A stretch of DNA of 64,000 nt from Anthoceros angustus (Eukaryota > Plantae > Anthocerotophyta). The position numbers and the translations under genes were made by a program. Positions 1 through 13,739 of the stretch are shown piece by piece (position 1 is the first letter of the stretch; every line of letters starts with the position of its first letter). The notes under the pieces were generated by a model, which saw nothing but the letters and a program-made list of their open reading frames with translations, was not told the DNA's origin and did not search any database. The stretch is from assembly GCA_010909165.1 (NCBI GenBank), contig MU008162.1, positions 1,240,001 to 1,304,000 on the forward strand, written 5' to 3'.

Positions 1-1260
1 GAATCGCGTCTGATCGCAAAATAGGAAAGCCCGACACTTACGAGCACAGTAATGGTATAATCGGTTTGATCCAAGGGCCTCAATCAGCTGCTTGCCCAGA
101 GGTCGAGACAGCAGCCACTGATGCCGAGCAAGCACCCATGCTCCAGCCATTTCCTCATACAGGCTCAGCTATGACCAAAAAGGAGGACGAGGAAACGAAA
201 TCAACATGGGTCCATGAAGGAAAACACTGGACCGAAGAGGTGAGAAGGAACACACTTGCTGCCCACTGTCCAAGAGGCTGGAAACAGGATCCGGCTCCAG
301 AAGGGCAAGGCCAATCAAGGCAGTGCATGCTTCTCCACGCACAGCAAACATGCCGGTGTCAAGCAAAACTTCCCCAGAAGGCCCAATGGCTCCTTTCCTT
401 GCCATCTCATCCAGACTTGGCTTCTGCAAAAGATCCTCTACCAGAACAGGCTCCTGGCTGGAGAAAAGCTTAGACAAAATGACCCCATGTTGTGAAGCCA
501 AATCAGGAGTAGCAGGGACTGTGACAACGCACACTCCATTCTCAGGCAGGGTCATAGCTGTGGCTCTAAAGCAGGGCAGAACATCGCCAGTCATAATGAA
601 AACGCCGCCTGCAAGGACAATACCCAGCTTGCATGTCACAAAATTGAACTGCAAGCAAGATCAGCCCATCAAGGAAGCATTCACTAACTCACTCACCTGC
701 ATCTCCAAATGCAGGGACTACATGAAGAGAAATTGCAAAAATGTGGTCAAAGAGGGTTGGAGATGGGCCATCCGGATCTGCCTGGGCCGGGAAAGGAAGG
801 AATGCTTTTCCTATAGCATTGGCCCAGGGGACTCTCTGAGAATCCCCGCCAGTGTGGAGTAGCAACACTCGCAATTCAGAAATTGGTCTACCCTTCCAGG
901 TTTCTCCCTACATGGCACAGAGGTGAGGATCAGCAACATCGTTGATGAATCCTGTGCAATAACGTGCAAATTCAGTGAAGTCACCGCAACCGTGGAGTCG
1001 AGCTTGTTGGAGAGAGCACGAAGAGCACAAAGAGTGGCGGCCCCGGACCCTACACGTCGGCCTTGGGGATCCGACACTGCCATGGCTAGCGTAGTGGCAG
1101 GCAGCGTGCCCTGGGACTTTGCTCGCTCCAGATGCAGCTGGAAGAGCTCCTCCTGTCGAGGGCTGGCAGCAGTGAGCAGGATGGCATCCCATGTGGGCAC
1201 TCTCTCGGGGCAGCGCAGGGACAGACGCAGTGTGAACCAGGCGTCGTCCAAGATATCCAT
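1..1260 (-). CDS. FKGP: Bifunctional L-fucokinase/GDP-L-fucose pyrophosphorylase, 5' exons (gene runs off the window start)
   Basis: ATG at 1260. Successive exons read LRLSLRCPERVPTWDAILLTAASPRQ...DPQGRRVGSGAATL, then VLLLHTGGDSQRVPWANAIGKAFLPFP, then GGVFIMTGDVLPCF...ASQHGV...LLQKPS. These are plant FKGP N-terminal motifs. Confidence 0.92.
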
Positions 1261-3346
1261 GGCGGCAGCTCAGCCGAAGAGTCAAGAATGCCCCATGGAG
1301 AGAATACTAACCGAGGAGAAGAAAAGGTACTAAGCGAGATCGGGAGGAGTACCAAAGGAGTACAATACGAAGGCTGAGCAACTAAGATTCTAGAGGTGAC
1401 AATCCTGTTCTTCCAGATGTAATGTACAGCTAGCAGTTCCTTGGTGACAGTGCCTCGGTACGGCTTTCATTGCCTGCTGCAAGTCCCTGTAGCACGTAGG
1501 TCTGATCTAGAAAGGAGGACAACACGAGAAGGACCACAGTCAAGATCTCATCAAGTTTAAACGAGTCGGTGTCCTAGCAAGTCTCGCGACAGCTTGTCCT
1601 GAAACTGAAGACAGAATCCAAGGTATGAATCAGACAGCTTAATCCCTTCTTCAGAACCACAAGATCAACATCCCTGGCTAGTTCTTCATCAGAACCCATG
1701 AACTCATCCCTACCGATGGCAGTCGCACCAATCATTCGAATCTGACAATCTGCCATCGGATTGCACCAGAAGTTCAGGCTTGAGCCTGAGACTACCTGCG
1801 CCCTCCTTTGAAGGCCATCCTTTGAAGGCCCTCCTTTGAAGATGCCATGACATGAGGCTGTCCATCTGCAGCTCCAACAAACACATTTCAGTACATGAAC
1901 AAGGTCACATACGTGCTACCAACAAGGTGCAGCCAGGAAGAGAATGCCCAAGAGGCACATCCTCAAACCGAACCCCATCAACGAGAATGACCAGCAGCTG
2001 CCTGGCAGAAGGAACAAGCAACCGCAGAACACACAATATTTGCCAGTAAGAAAAACCTGTAGCTAAGCTAAAACGGCTTCCACAGAGACTAAAAGACATA
2101 CCGCATACCCATTTTAAACACCCAGAAGATGCACCTATACTAAAGAATGCCCCATCAAATCAGGAGGCTCTAGCTTTACAAGCATTGTTGTCCCGTTTTA
2201 GGTGGTCCAAACAGAAGCAGGCCTGCACATCAGCAAAGTCTCAACTTCTTCGACTGCAGCACATGATGCAACCTTGAGCTTCACATCGTCCAGCACACAC
2301 ATTTTGCAGTTCTTGGAAGACCTGGGAATAGTCCATACGGATAAAGCGCAAGATAACCATATCCTGGACTACCCACTTTGCTTTTGCTGAACCCGGTGCC
2401 AGTTATTAACAAAATTGCATTTCTCCCTTCCTGTGCCGTTGGAGTCTGTGAAAAAGCTTGAAAACAAACTGAAGAGCATCAGCTGAGGTGCCCTTTGACA
2501 TGTATGTTTGCCTAGGCCCCTCCCGACCTGCTGGATATCTCAGATGCTCTGCTTCCATGACCAGAATTTGGAATGTACCGGTTTGGAGTAGATAAAGTAA
2601 ATTCGAAGGAGAGAAGCAGTCAAGATACCCGGAACCATATTCGCGAATTCTGACACCCGATAGCAAGATGCATTTGGATTCACCATGATCCTATTCCTTC
2701 CTTTCGTTCCGCCCCACACAGGGTAGACGTACTTGCAACGCATCAGGAATAAAGGACAGGCTTGGCAGGCGGCGAATCCACGGCGAAAAGGGTGGCGAAA
2801 ATCTTCTCCGTGCTCCACGCAACTCCTAGTCTGGGGTGTACTTTCCGATCATCTGCTTTTTATAGCAAAATCAGCCTCAGTGCTGGTGGATGGTGGATTT
2901 CAACTAAGCTCTGGGTTGCGAGGCCTGCGCGCCCTCCTGTTGCATGGCTGCAGCAGATAGCATAGTGTTTTCAGAATAGGATCCGGCCCAGCACGATAAA
3001 CACAGTAAGTGGTGCTGTTGCGGCGCTGGTTGGACTATCATCACTCTGCTCTGCTACGGGAGTGTGAATCTGACTAGTTGGTTGCCTCAGACGTGAGATA
3101 GGTCTCTAGTTGGGGGATTGGACCTGGATTCGGGCAATCACGAATCATTCCTGCTCTGTCCTAGAGGCTTCTCCATCCCAACTGTGGCCTCAACCTTTGC
3201 TTTTGTTGAAGTAGTTGGTGAAGGACAGTGAGACAGAAGGCAGGGAAGGTAGGGAAGGAAGGGAGGGAAAGGGATAAGGAAAAGGAGAAGGAAATGGATG
3301 AGGAAAATGGCCGCTTCCCAGATTCTAATGGAGCTGGGATGACAAG

Positions 3347-4601
3347 ATGCACAGTGTGAGGATGAAGGAAGAAGGTATGGCGGAGCCGCAGCATAGCAGT
3401 TATCGGCCGAGTAAGCAGCTGAAGACTCTTGTCCATGTCATGCATCTACATCCCAGCTCTTGGAGCCAGCCCTCGGTTGCCGCCATACTTGAAGTAAGGG
3501 ATCTGCTCTGCTCTGCTCTGCCTGGCGGCTTACAGGCTGACTTATATATACGCTGAGCACGATGCTTTGGCCTGCACGTGTGATGATGTCTAGAAATGTG
3601 TGTACTGCTGTGTGAGCAGGATTTGGAGGTGCTGGATGCTGCAGACACCGCCGAGGACGTGCAGGACAGGGCGAAACGGATACGGCAGCAGCTCATCCTG
3701 CCCCTTGCGGACATTGTGACTGCGCAATCCAAGGTCATCACTGTGGAACGCCGCAGGCTGGTTGAGAAGGAACAGAATTTCCAGGCAGTTCTGTCGTCTC
3801 TGGAAGCGGAGAAGAACAAGGCAGTCCAGCTCTACCAGGAAGAAGCTGCTCGGCTGGCCACGCACAGCCAGTTCTGCGACATGCTACTAGGGTAACTGGA
3901 CCATGCCCATGACACCTGCTCCCTCTCCGTCATGTCCTCCGTCCCTGTCGTTCCGTGCCATTCCATTCCTTCCATGACGTCCGGTCTTCGGGAGCTGATG
4001 TCTGAGGCTTGCCAGGGACCTGGATGAGATGGCCAAAACCCTAGACCGCACCAGGATGGAGAAGAAGCAAGCGGAGGACAGAGTTGCAGAGCTGGAGGTG
4101 GAATTACAACGCCTGGTTCTGGAGAACGAGGATCTCATGAGGACCGCCGTAGCAGATCGGGGGGAGAGGGAGGGTTCGGAGTCCGTGAACCAGCCGCTGT
4201 CAGAGTGCGACGAAACAGAGCTATCCGACGACAACGGAGCCGAAGAAGCCGCGGGGAGTGGAATGTACGCAGGTGATGCAGCGTCGAGGCACGAGGATGT
4301 TGAACGCAGGGATGAGAGGGAGCGGCGGGAGTTGCAGGTGCAGGTGCAGGAGGAGGATTACAGGGCTCTGCAATGCAGCTTGCCGGACAAGGCAAGCCTG
4401 CTGGAAAGCGTGGCCATCGTTGTGATCCAAGAAGGGTCCACCAGCATCCAAATGATCCTGGAGTCCGGGCTATCCTTAGCGCCGCACGCCGTGCTCCATT
4501 TTTGCAAGAGCTTGTGCGATCGGGCTGTGCTCGGCGTCTCCTCCGCCATCCTCAGCAGCGTCAAGCATTCACCGATCGGATTTGCGTACCAGATGTACTG
4601 A
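3347..4601 (+). CDS. Uncharacterised three-exon coiled-coil protein
   Basis: Exons 3347-3493, 3620-3891 and 4016-4601 join in frame through GT..AG introns (phases 0 and 2 agree). The product is E/K/R/Q/L-rich with heptad character (EKKQAEDRVAELEVELQRLVLENEDL). No family recognised. Confidence 0.55.
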
Positions 4602-4794
4602 TTGATTGCCCTTGCCACTGTAAAGATCTCGCAGTCACGACTCTGTTTTGCCGAGCGGCCTTCTGTCCTTAGTATGATTCGATTCGTCATCCGGAACTTC
4701 ATTTCACAGTTCTCGTTTTTCTTTTCAGTGAACAGATGGGTTAATCTCAAATCATTTAGAAGACATTCGGGCTATTACAACAACAATAGGTATC

Positions 4795-5068
4795 TGGAAC
4801 CGACCACGAAGCCCGAAGAAACGTACAATAGCATGGGCGCCGAAGAAGCTACCTAACAACGTTAATAAGGAGCCCGAAGAAGCTGGTAAGAGCAGGGTTC
4901 CGAAGAAGCTTATAACAGCATATGCCCCGAAGAAACTTATAACAACATAGTCCCCAAAAAACCTTACAACAGCCTATTGGGCCGAAATCTGCGGGCAGAG
5001 ATCAGATACCAGGCGGCCCTGAGGAACCTTACAACAGCACTCCGGCCCTGAAGAACCTTACAACAGAA
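4795..5068 (+). repeat. Degenerate ~33-35 bp tandem repeat, about 8 units, core CCGAAGAA(G/C)CTTACAACAGC
   Basis: Core visible repeatedly (cccgaagaaacgtacaatagc, ccgaagaagcttataacagc, ccctgaagaaccttacaacag) with variable linkers. Confidence 0.8.
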
Positions 5069-5345
5069 TTGCACTGCGAGCAGAAAGCACATAGCAGCCC
5101 TTGGCGTATATTAGGCAACCTTAGTTTTTGCATTTTGTGGATTATTTGGTTTTTTTGTGTATCTTTCGGGCCAGATAGCAGAGATCGTAATTTAGGCAGC
5201 CTCAAAGGGCTTCAAAGGGCGTCAAAGGGCTTCAATTTAGGCGGCCTCAAAGGGCCACCAAGGGTTAGGAGTAATCGGGGATGGGCATTACACATCCTGG
5301 CTGATCCTAGAAGGTCGCTAACCGTAATGACTAGAAATCGAAAGC

Positions 5346-5795
5346 GCGAGGGATGGCGGCTAAGGTCCACAAGTACTCTCCCACAGACGGCCACGCTTCA
5401 TTCCCCACCATCGACACTCACGGAGCCATGGGCAAGGATTTCTAGGTTCGCCAAGGCGGCCAAGGCTTATCACAAATGGCAAGAATGGGTTGGCCTCGCC
5501 TTTCTTGTATTGTTGCTTTTCCCCAAGATAGTTTCCATCGCCTCAGAGGGCGCTATCAACGCAGCATGCAACAATAGCGAGCACGGAGATACTTTCTTCG
5601 ACACCGTGGTAAGTAGGCCTTTTCAAATCCCGGACCCGGACCACGAAGTTCTTGGGCGGTTGGTAGTTTTGAATGCGTGACCGTGGGGGCTAGTCCCCCT
5701 GGCATGGTGCCCTTCGTTGGGTTTTTCCCCCTTTGTTTTTGGGGTGGATGGGTTTTTCCCATCTCTTTGGTATAATAAAGTTTTCTTTTCCTTCT
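5346..5795 (+). mobile_element. Degenerate 3' end of a CRE-like non-LTR retrotransposon (copy A)
   Basis: Clear DNA homology to 27637-28095, including gctaaggtccacaagtactc and the 3' UTR gggggctagtccccctgg...tataataaag. Confidence 0.8.
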
Positions 5796-5951
5796 AGAAA
5801 TCTTGATTCGAGACTTTGCACCTCTTTATGCATGTTTTTAGATAAAAAATTTATGACAAGAAATATATTAAGGTTCCCTTTTGAACATGGTTCCGTATTA
5901 TACACCATAGAAAAAAATTAGAAAGTTTTAACCATAATATCTAATCCAACC

Positions 5952-6198
5952 CTTCAAGAAACGGATGCCATTACTATGTGCATACTAATCCAATGGTTCA
6001 GATTTTTGATACATTAAAAAGGTCCTTTCTTGGAGTATGTGTTCTATTTTTTTCAAAAAACTAAAATAGTCTGGCTATTGTATTTTTAAAACATTTTAAT
6101 TTTTGTAAAAACATATTGCACATAGTCCAAGAAAAGGCCTTTCCAAAGCATCAAAAACTTGGACCATTAACAAGTAGTGATGGCTCTCATTTCTTGAG
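5952..6198. repeat. Imperfect ~100-bp inverted repeat (foldback/MITE-like)
   Basis: 5952-6055 (tcaagaaa..gccattacta..aatggttcagatttttgat..aaaggtcctttcttggagtatgtg) matches the reverse complement of 6105-6198. Confidence 0.6.
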
Positions 6199-8754
6199 CA
6201 GTTTGTGAGTGTTTTAGAAGACTCTTTTGCGTTTTGAAAAGATATATTAGTCAAATATTTTTAATTATTCTTGGTAACGTAGAGGACATGATGTTCCACA
6301 AAAAGCAAGCTTAACATAAGCTAGTGTCATACAAAAATAATACACAGTATTAAAGAACGTGTTCAAATAGCTCAATTTGAGTGGGTTAGGCATTCTGGGG
6401 TTAACCACTGAGTTTTAATAAACTCCTAGGGTATCGTGTCCTTCCTCAAGGGAGCATCCTCCGCGTCATAATATTTTCACACATTTTGGAATTGCATAAT
6501 ATTTGCATCGGTATATACCTGAAACAGAGATGAAGTACACTGTAGGGTAACAATGTTGTGAGCTCCGATGTTATGGCAAATGAGATATGGAGTTGGATCC
6601 TTCGGCGAATCATGATTCTTTAGAACGCCTTGAGACGATTGACTTTTAATTAGCCACAACCTGGTTACACCTCACGCACCACAGATATAGAGCTATGGCT
6701 TGCCCCTTGATCGATGCGGCATCATAAGGCGCAATTGCCCTCTCATGACTGTCAGCGATGGTGTACTCGATGCAGGTAATTTCTTTTTATCGCCTCCGAA
6801 TGCATTGGAGATAAGTAATTTGAGCAATCTTTTCGAAGGGGTTTCCTCAAACCCCTTTTTGCACACGACGCTTCGGACCCCTTTACGCACGCGGGAAATG
6901 CAAGAATCGACCTTTTTGGTATTTCTCCTGACATATCACGCAAACATTTCAATTATTGTTGCGATACGATATGTCACATTGTGCATCGAATTACGAGGAA
7001 ACCATCCGAGACATTCACGATCGGCTTTTCCTTGAGTAGCCCGTATTTGTGCACAAACTTGCATGCGCGCACTCACATTCAGTCTCAACTTGACAGCGGT
7101 GTATGTTTCTAGCTAGTTTGGCGAATGTTGTCTTTTCCTCGGGACGGCGATGTCATCGTTCTCTGCGGCCGTTGCGGATCGTAAATAGCAAGAGGAAGAT
7201 ATGGCGTTTCTCCACCTTGGGATTCGCCAAAACCCAAAGCGTCTCGGATGTTGGTTGTCCCAAGTAGTCGCTTTCTTACGGTCTTAGCACTTCTTTCCGT
7301 GTTCTTAGGGTTATCGGACCTTTTTGCCATCTTTCTCCTTCTTCTTGGGGCCCCTGTGATTGACTCAAGTCTTGAAGGTCGATGGGTGCGCATGTTCCTT
7401 GAACCAAGTGTAGCGTTGCGGCCACAGGCTTAAGCGATCTCCCATCTCTTTGGCAAAACCGGATGTCACGTTTGTGTGGTTTGGTGGTCAACTCTTCCTC
7501 AAATGCAGGAAACACTTCATGGCCATGTCTGTTCGATGAATATTGTGCTCCTCTGTTCTTGGTCATGACAATCGTTCCTCCCTTCGATGCATAAGTATTC
7601 CACTCCGCTTCCGAGCATCCATCTATAACCCATTCCCTCTTTACGTGAATAGGTCGTATAGCGGGACCATCAACCCTATTGGCTTTTGGTAAGGAGAAAC
7701 AACATGGCCATCGTTGGACACATTCAAAAGTTTCTTCACATTGCGCTATGTCGAATAAGCGAGCATTGCTCCAATCTGCGCACTATTGGACAATGCGCAC
7801 TTCCTCATATCTTCAGCAGTTGGGTGAACACCATACCCCACATCATGTACTCGATCTCGTAAAGTCCCTCGTCCAAAACCAAATTGTCTTTCTCCCGGAC
7901 CATTGTATAAACCCCTTTTCACACCATTTTAGTGCATTTTGGACATCACGCATCAGTCGGTCCATGCATGAATATCACGGAAAGTCTTGCATTCGGTGAT
8001 TGTCATGAATCCATCCATTATCTTCTCCAAATCCTCACATGTCATCTCCTTATCCCATGTCTCGATAAATTGCCCTTGGTAAATCGACCAATTGTATTCT
8101 CTTTTCCCCAAGTAGGCAGCCATTTCACGAATATCACCAGGTACCGGTACCCGTAACGGACCTTTGCTTGCTTTTCGAACATGGAAAATGTCTAGTTTTG
8201 TCTTCTCTCTCGCCTTCGCAAATCTTCCACCCTCTTCCAATTTCTTGCCGCATTGATGTGCTCTTTGAAGCTATGCATCATCTTCTCTTTGTACTCTTCA
8301 CCGCTTGCACAGTGATGGAGACGCTCATAGGTGCAACGTGAAGACGAGTAAACTAGTTTGCAACACCATAAATTTTGAAGGGGAATATCCTCGATGGGGT
8401 TTTTGTGAATAAATCACCAAGAGGGTCGGTGATAGGTCTAAATCGTGGGTTCATATTAGTGGAAACTATAGCGAAAAAAGGGTCCGCTCTTGGATCATAC
8501 GAAGTTTTCCGGTTCATATGCGCGGATCGAAGGGTGACCCTCTTCCTTAACCATTTGTTTCGCCAAAACAAGACCCACAATGCACACCCTATTTGCCGGT
8601 CGAGCAATACGCTATCGACATCGCGAATCGAACTACTATGGAAGGGTTATGCAATTTCATGACAGTTCAAACCATCAACATATTTGTGGGGAAGAAAATT
8701 TCGCTCTGCTCGTGTAATGTGATCCTTCGCTTATTAAACTTAGGCAGGAGGCGC

Positions 8755-8995
8755 GGCCGGGCCGCCTCCCTTGGCTCACCAATCGTGGAAGGTCACATGG
8801 AACATGTTATCCACTTGGCCACCGCCTTCTTCAATGAATTTGAACAGTGGATGTGGTAATGCGTGCAGACAGCCTGTTGAGGGGCGCCCCGGCCGCCCTC
8901 CCTTGGCTCACCATGTGGAAGGTCACATGGAACATGTTTATCCACTTGGCCACCCCTTCGTAATGAATTTGAACAGTGGATGTGGTAGGCAGGCA
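8755..8995. repeat. ~133-bp tandem duplication
   Basis: cccttggctcacc..gtggaaggtcacatggaacatgtt..gaatttgaacagtggatgtggta occurs twice. Confidence 0.85.
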
Positions 8996-9499
8996 TGTTC
9001 CACGAGGGGCGCTGGCTGGCCTCGCCATTGTCCACAAGGGCACATTCCACATGTTTTGATATCCGCATGGTCACTTCCTTTGGAATGGCATAGAATGTAA
9101 CCTTGCAGAGGGGGTCATGTTGCATGCCGTGGTGTTGCACAACTCAAACCGCTTATCACACGCACCATATTCGCGTGACACACCCATCAATACTCATTAA
9201 AAACACGTGGTATAACCGCTATTGCAATACTTCAATATAAAGTTATGCACACAGAACATTTAGAATGGGGCGCCACGGCCCCCACCCTTCCATCGCAATT
9301 GTTGGAAAGGATGGGCGAATGGACACGTGAAGTGGGGAGCCACATCCATACAACCCCTAATGAGAATGGTTCAGCCGGTCCCCACGCCAATAGCTATTCG
9401 CCCCCGAGTTCACGCCATCGCAGCCCTATTCCCATTATTGTCATCGCTATCCTCCGCCACACTTTGACCGCTGGTTGTATGAATCCACCTTTCAATTTG

Positions 9500-11000
9500 T
9501 CCCCTCGACGCTTTTTGTCCACCGATACAAATGTTTGGCATTCAAAATAAAACCGTAATAAAGGATGATCAGATTATTGACATAGACTCTGTATGTTTTT
9601 GGGATAAAATACCTTATTCCTTTTTCCCAAAGGCTCCATCTTGTTTCTTCCTCGTAGTATATATTCCTCACATAACTGAGACGCTGCCCGTATGATCCGT
9701 CCGATACTGGATAAGAAAGTGAGGTTGTGGTGCATCCAACCTCACGTCTGCATTTTCCCAATCCGTAAAGGTCTGCTGCGTTGCATGGCAATCGCGAGGA
9801 ACATTCCTTCTTGATTTCTCGCAATATCGCCATTCAAGCCGCCATTTCACGCCGCCTTCCAATGTTTTGATATGCTGCATATCTCGCTGGGGAAGCTCCT
9901 CAACAAGGTTTCCTCTAGCAAAGCTTCATCAGTACATGAAGGGGCCGCTACTGCTCTTCCTCTTCAAAGACGGGAGAACCATTTCCAAGGACGGTCCGTA
10001 ACAAGGCCGATGTGGTGGTAATAACAAAGAATCTCCCGTCAACCTGTAATTCTTCCCACCACTTGTACTCTTCACCGTTACATAAGGTCGCAAACCAACT
10101 AACCCATCCTTCAAATGAGCCACACCTTCCGGTGTGAGTCATGCCCTTTTTTTATCCTGCACGTGACATGGGGCGCATTATGGCCTCGTAAGGAACGAAA
10201 TTTAAAACTCCAAACCCGCCTCCGCTTCCCAAAGCGTGAAGTTGAACATCGCTTGCTCTCGATGATCAGGACTAACGCGCCGTTTGTCCTCGCGTAATTT
10301 TGAACCGGTGCCGTATGATGATTATTCAACTTCTTCACCGCCGATACTTTAGCCTCTCGTCTATACGTATATATGTCCGGAACTGAACCTCCAACCTTCA
10401 CCGAGAGGGAGTATATGCCTCACGTATCCGCTAACACGGTAGCGGTGCGCTTGTGTTTAAGGCTTTGGAAAAGCAGAAAACATCCGTCTATTTGATCATG
10501 TGACCAACCAAGAGGAATCCCACCTTCACTTTTTCGAACGTGCCCATATCAACGAAAGCATGTTCAAATATGCAAACAATAGCTGATTCTTGTTCTCCGA
10601 CATGTATTGTCAAGTTGCAAATACAAAGACACACCATCATAGTTGTGGATGACATCTTGAATGACGAGATAGTCAAATTGGCATCATCAGGTTGGCGAGT
10701 GCAAAACGCCGTGGCTTTGTGGGTGTAGTTGTGATCATGCACCACCACGTGAACTAAATGCTACATTCCTCGCCTAGGTTTTGGGCCACCTCAATACATG
10801 TGCGGTAGCTCGCTTCTTCCGTCCATGCCATCGATATACAGCATATACTTATGTGGTTCAACATAACTCTTGCTCCGTTTTGTCATCTTCGCACGCCTGC
10901 TAATCGTGGTGGGCGCCCAATGTCGTTTGATATTTCTCTCACATACAACATATGCACACCGTAGTTTTGTGAGTCCCTTTAAAGTTGTCAACTTACAAGA
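9500..11000 (-). mobile_element. Decayed Sola-like DDE transposase (copy 1)
   Basis: Fragments LYIDGMD..ELPH, DDANLTI and VDMGTFEKVKVGFLLVGH in shifting frames. The downstream region is homologous to 13.7-14.6 kb and 19.1-20.2 kb. Superfamily assignment tentative. Confidence 0.7.
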
Positions 11001-13739
11001 TAAAACATAGTATGATGTCCAAGAATCAACGAGCTGTGATCACTCTCGAGATGTGGCAATGTATGTCATGGACACCGCCAACTTGACCTTCCTCCACCCC
11101 TCCACCCTACGACGACCTTAAATGATATAATGGGCGAATACATTTGTGCATTTCCAAGCCCGGAAGCATAAGGCGTAATACTTGTGGTTGGGGCGCCGCC
11201 CACCGCCCCGTGGCCCCGACCTCATTCCCGCAAGGTCGACATGGTGTTTTGCATGCCGGGCCCAAGCAATGTGATAGGCACATGCATGGTTACTCAACGC
11301 GCCACCGACCGGCATGACTGTGGGAACCTCCTAGATAATGCTATGACCCATGGTAACAGAGTTTGGTGGCGCCGGCCACCGGCCCACTGGGACATGTCCG
11401 CGGGGGGCACATTCACATACTACATATACCATCGCCATTGAGGGTTTACACATGGTCAACGACCAGATGCTGGAAAACAAGGGATAAGGAAAACAATGTA
11501 ACTTACCTTGATCAACCTTTGAGATTGTATTTCAGATAGTTGTTTTCAATCCAACCAAGAGACAGCGAGCAAGTAGAGAATCTGGACTTTGGAATCTTTA
11601 CCCGCTGAAGTGCCCTTTCCATAGCTTCAAGAACTGTGCGAGGTCACGCATCGACCTCTTCTGCCTACAATTCACTCCAAATTTCTATGTTTTGTCGTAA
11701 GTTGAAGACCTCGATTTGGAAGTCTCACCATGTTGAGGAAAGCATTGTCCATCCAGCACTTAATGCATGGTGAGACTGCTTTGGATTCGGCCTCATAGCA
11801 TAATGCATTAGATGACTCTACTCAACTCTTCATACTGGCCGGGCCGAGGCAATACACTCTTCCTCAAGGCAAGCAAGATCTCGAAAAGGATCCGCCCCGT
11901 AAGATGAGTCACAACTTTGACGTTACCTGCATCCGCCGCACAACCTCGTATCGAGGTTCCAAAATGTTTCTCGCCTCGCCTCCCCATCCGTGAAATAGCG
12001 ATATATCGTTGTTCACGAAACCTTTCTTTTGTCAACTGCGGAGACACATCCGATTGCAACATGCCTTCCGAAATCAATGTTGATACTTACTTCACATTTC
12101 CTCATTGAGACCCCCGCACCACCTCTTCCGCACCGACACTCGTAGTTTCGCACACCAAAGTCTCACTCATCCGGTTTGGGGTGATAAGATGGCGGATGTC
12201 AATCTCCGGATCGCTCGAAATCGCCCGCCTCATGCTGTATTGCCGCATCTTCGCTGCTTGATGATGGCGTGACGGACACCGCAGCAACCGCCTCCACGCA
12301 TTCGAGCCCGCCCTTGGGAGGGCCGGCTTGGTCGCCGCTCACACCACCGTTGTTTGCATGGGGATCCTTCCAGGCATACCGGTTAAGATTTCTTGGTGTC
12401 CATGCACCTCGGAATGGTAGGGAGGCCGAGACATGATCGCCACTCCGCACGGTACCGTGGCAAAGACTTCGGCTTAGTAGAGGATAAAATTCACAAAGTC
12501 AACCTCCATTAGAATCCGGTGATTAAGCACCTTGAGACCCGGTGTGGAACTGGAGATGTCTTGTGGCTGAGCATGCGACGCTGGGGCGTTGTGTCCGCTT
12601 TTCCTCCTCCGCTGCTTTTCCTGAAGATGTCTTTCATATTGGGATTGACCTCACCATCCGCAAAAGTCAACTGCGCATCAAGCGGGAATGAGGACATGTT
12701 TGCCCGAACGATCGACGATTTACATTTGGAAAGGCCGAAGACTTACACGCGCCCGCGCGCGACCGAGGGTTATGGCGCCTCAAAGAGTGCTAAGACACCG
12801 AGGTGAACACGATATCTTTCAAGGGGTGAATATTCACGAAGAGGTTTTATGACATATATCCTCCTCAAGGGGTTTCACGTGGGCATTGAACTCGTACTTT
12901 TTGGGGTATGGGTCAAGGCGTAAACGGCGGTGAGACCGTCCGAACCATTGATAGAAGATCCATTCAACGCCCGCGAAGGGTTATGGTGTAAGAGTTAACC
13001 TCATTTGGGCCGCATTTAAGACCCATGACAAGGGCCATTGCTGCCGGTAACTGCCGGTCTTTCTCGTCCAGCAAAAATGAAATCTACAAAAAAGAACGGT
13101 GATGAAACTTTGAGGACAGGCTGACCCGCTGACGGCAGGGTATCAAAGCAGGTTTGAGAGGATGGACGCCGGCCGGCCGGCGTCCTTTTCCTGGCATGCC
13201 GACGATCCCTTGCGAATGGCGGCGAGTCCTTAGTCCATTTGGAAAGACTGTGATTGGATGTGGGGGATGGCTTCCGCACGCCTCAATTGTGGTCGCAAAT
13301 ATTCACATGCTTACCCTCCGATCGAACGATGAACTTAAAAGTGTGCGGAAACTAGTTCCCGCCATGACGCAGTGAGGAAGGAACATGCCCATACGGCCAT
13401 CGTGTGTTGCCTTTCATTATGCCGAATGCCGAGCCGCCCTATGGCCACATCACATGTCCTTCTCAATGGTATGGACAAACCCTTGAAAATTGGAAGATAT
13501 TATTTATCAAGTCTACAACCCGAGGGATAGCCACAACTACAATCCTATCATGGCGTAGATACTATTCGAGAAATGTACGCACATGGAAATGTGCAAAACT
13601 ACAGAGAATGGAGCTTGAACTCACCAATTGCATTGGCCAAGATGACATTCAAAGTGTTTCCTCCTACCGACTCCACGCATCATCTTCGGGGCCCGCATCA
13701 TGACCATCCTCTTCGCTGCCCTCGGTTGCACTTTGACTA

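Noticed and set aside
1400-2965. Possible extra gene upstream of FKGP
   Set aside because: Some splice-like signals, but no consistent frame or recognisable protein.
4795-5068. CRISPR array
   Set aside because: Eukaryotic context, degenerate repeats, linkers too short and mutually similar, no cas genes.
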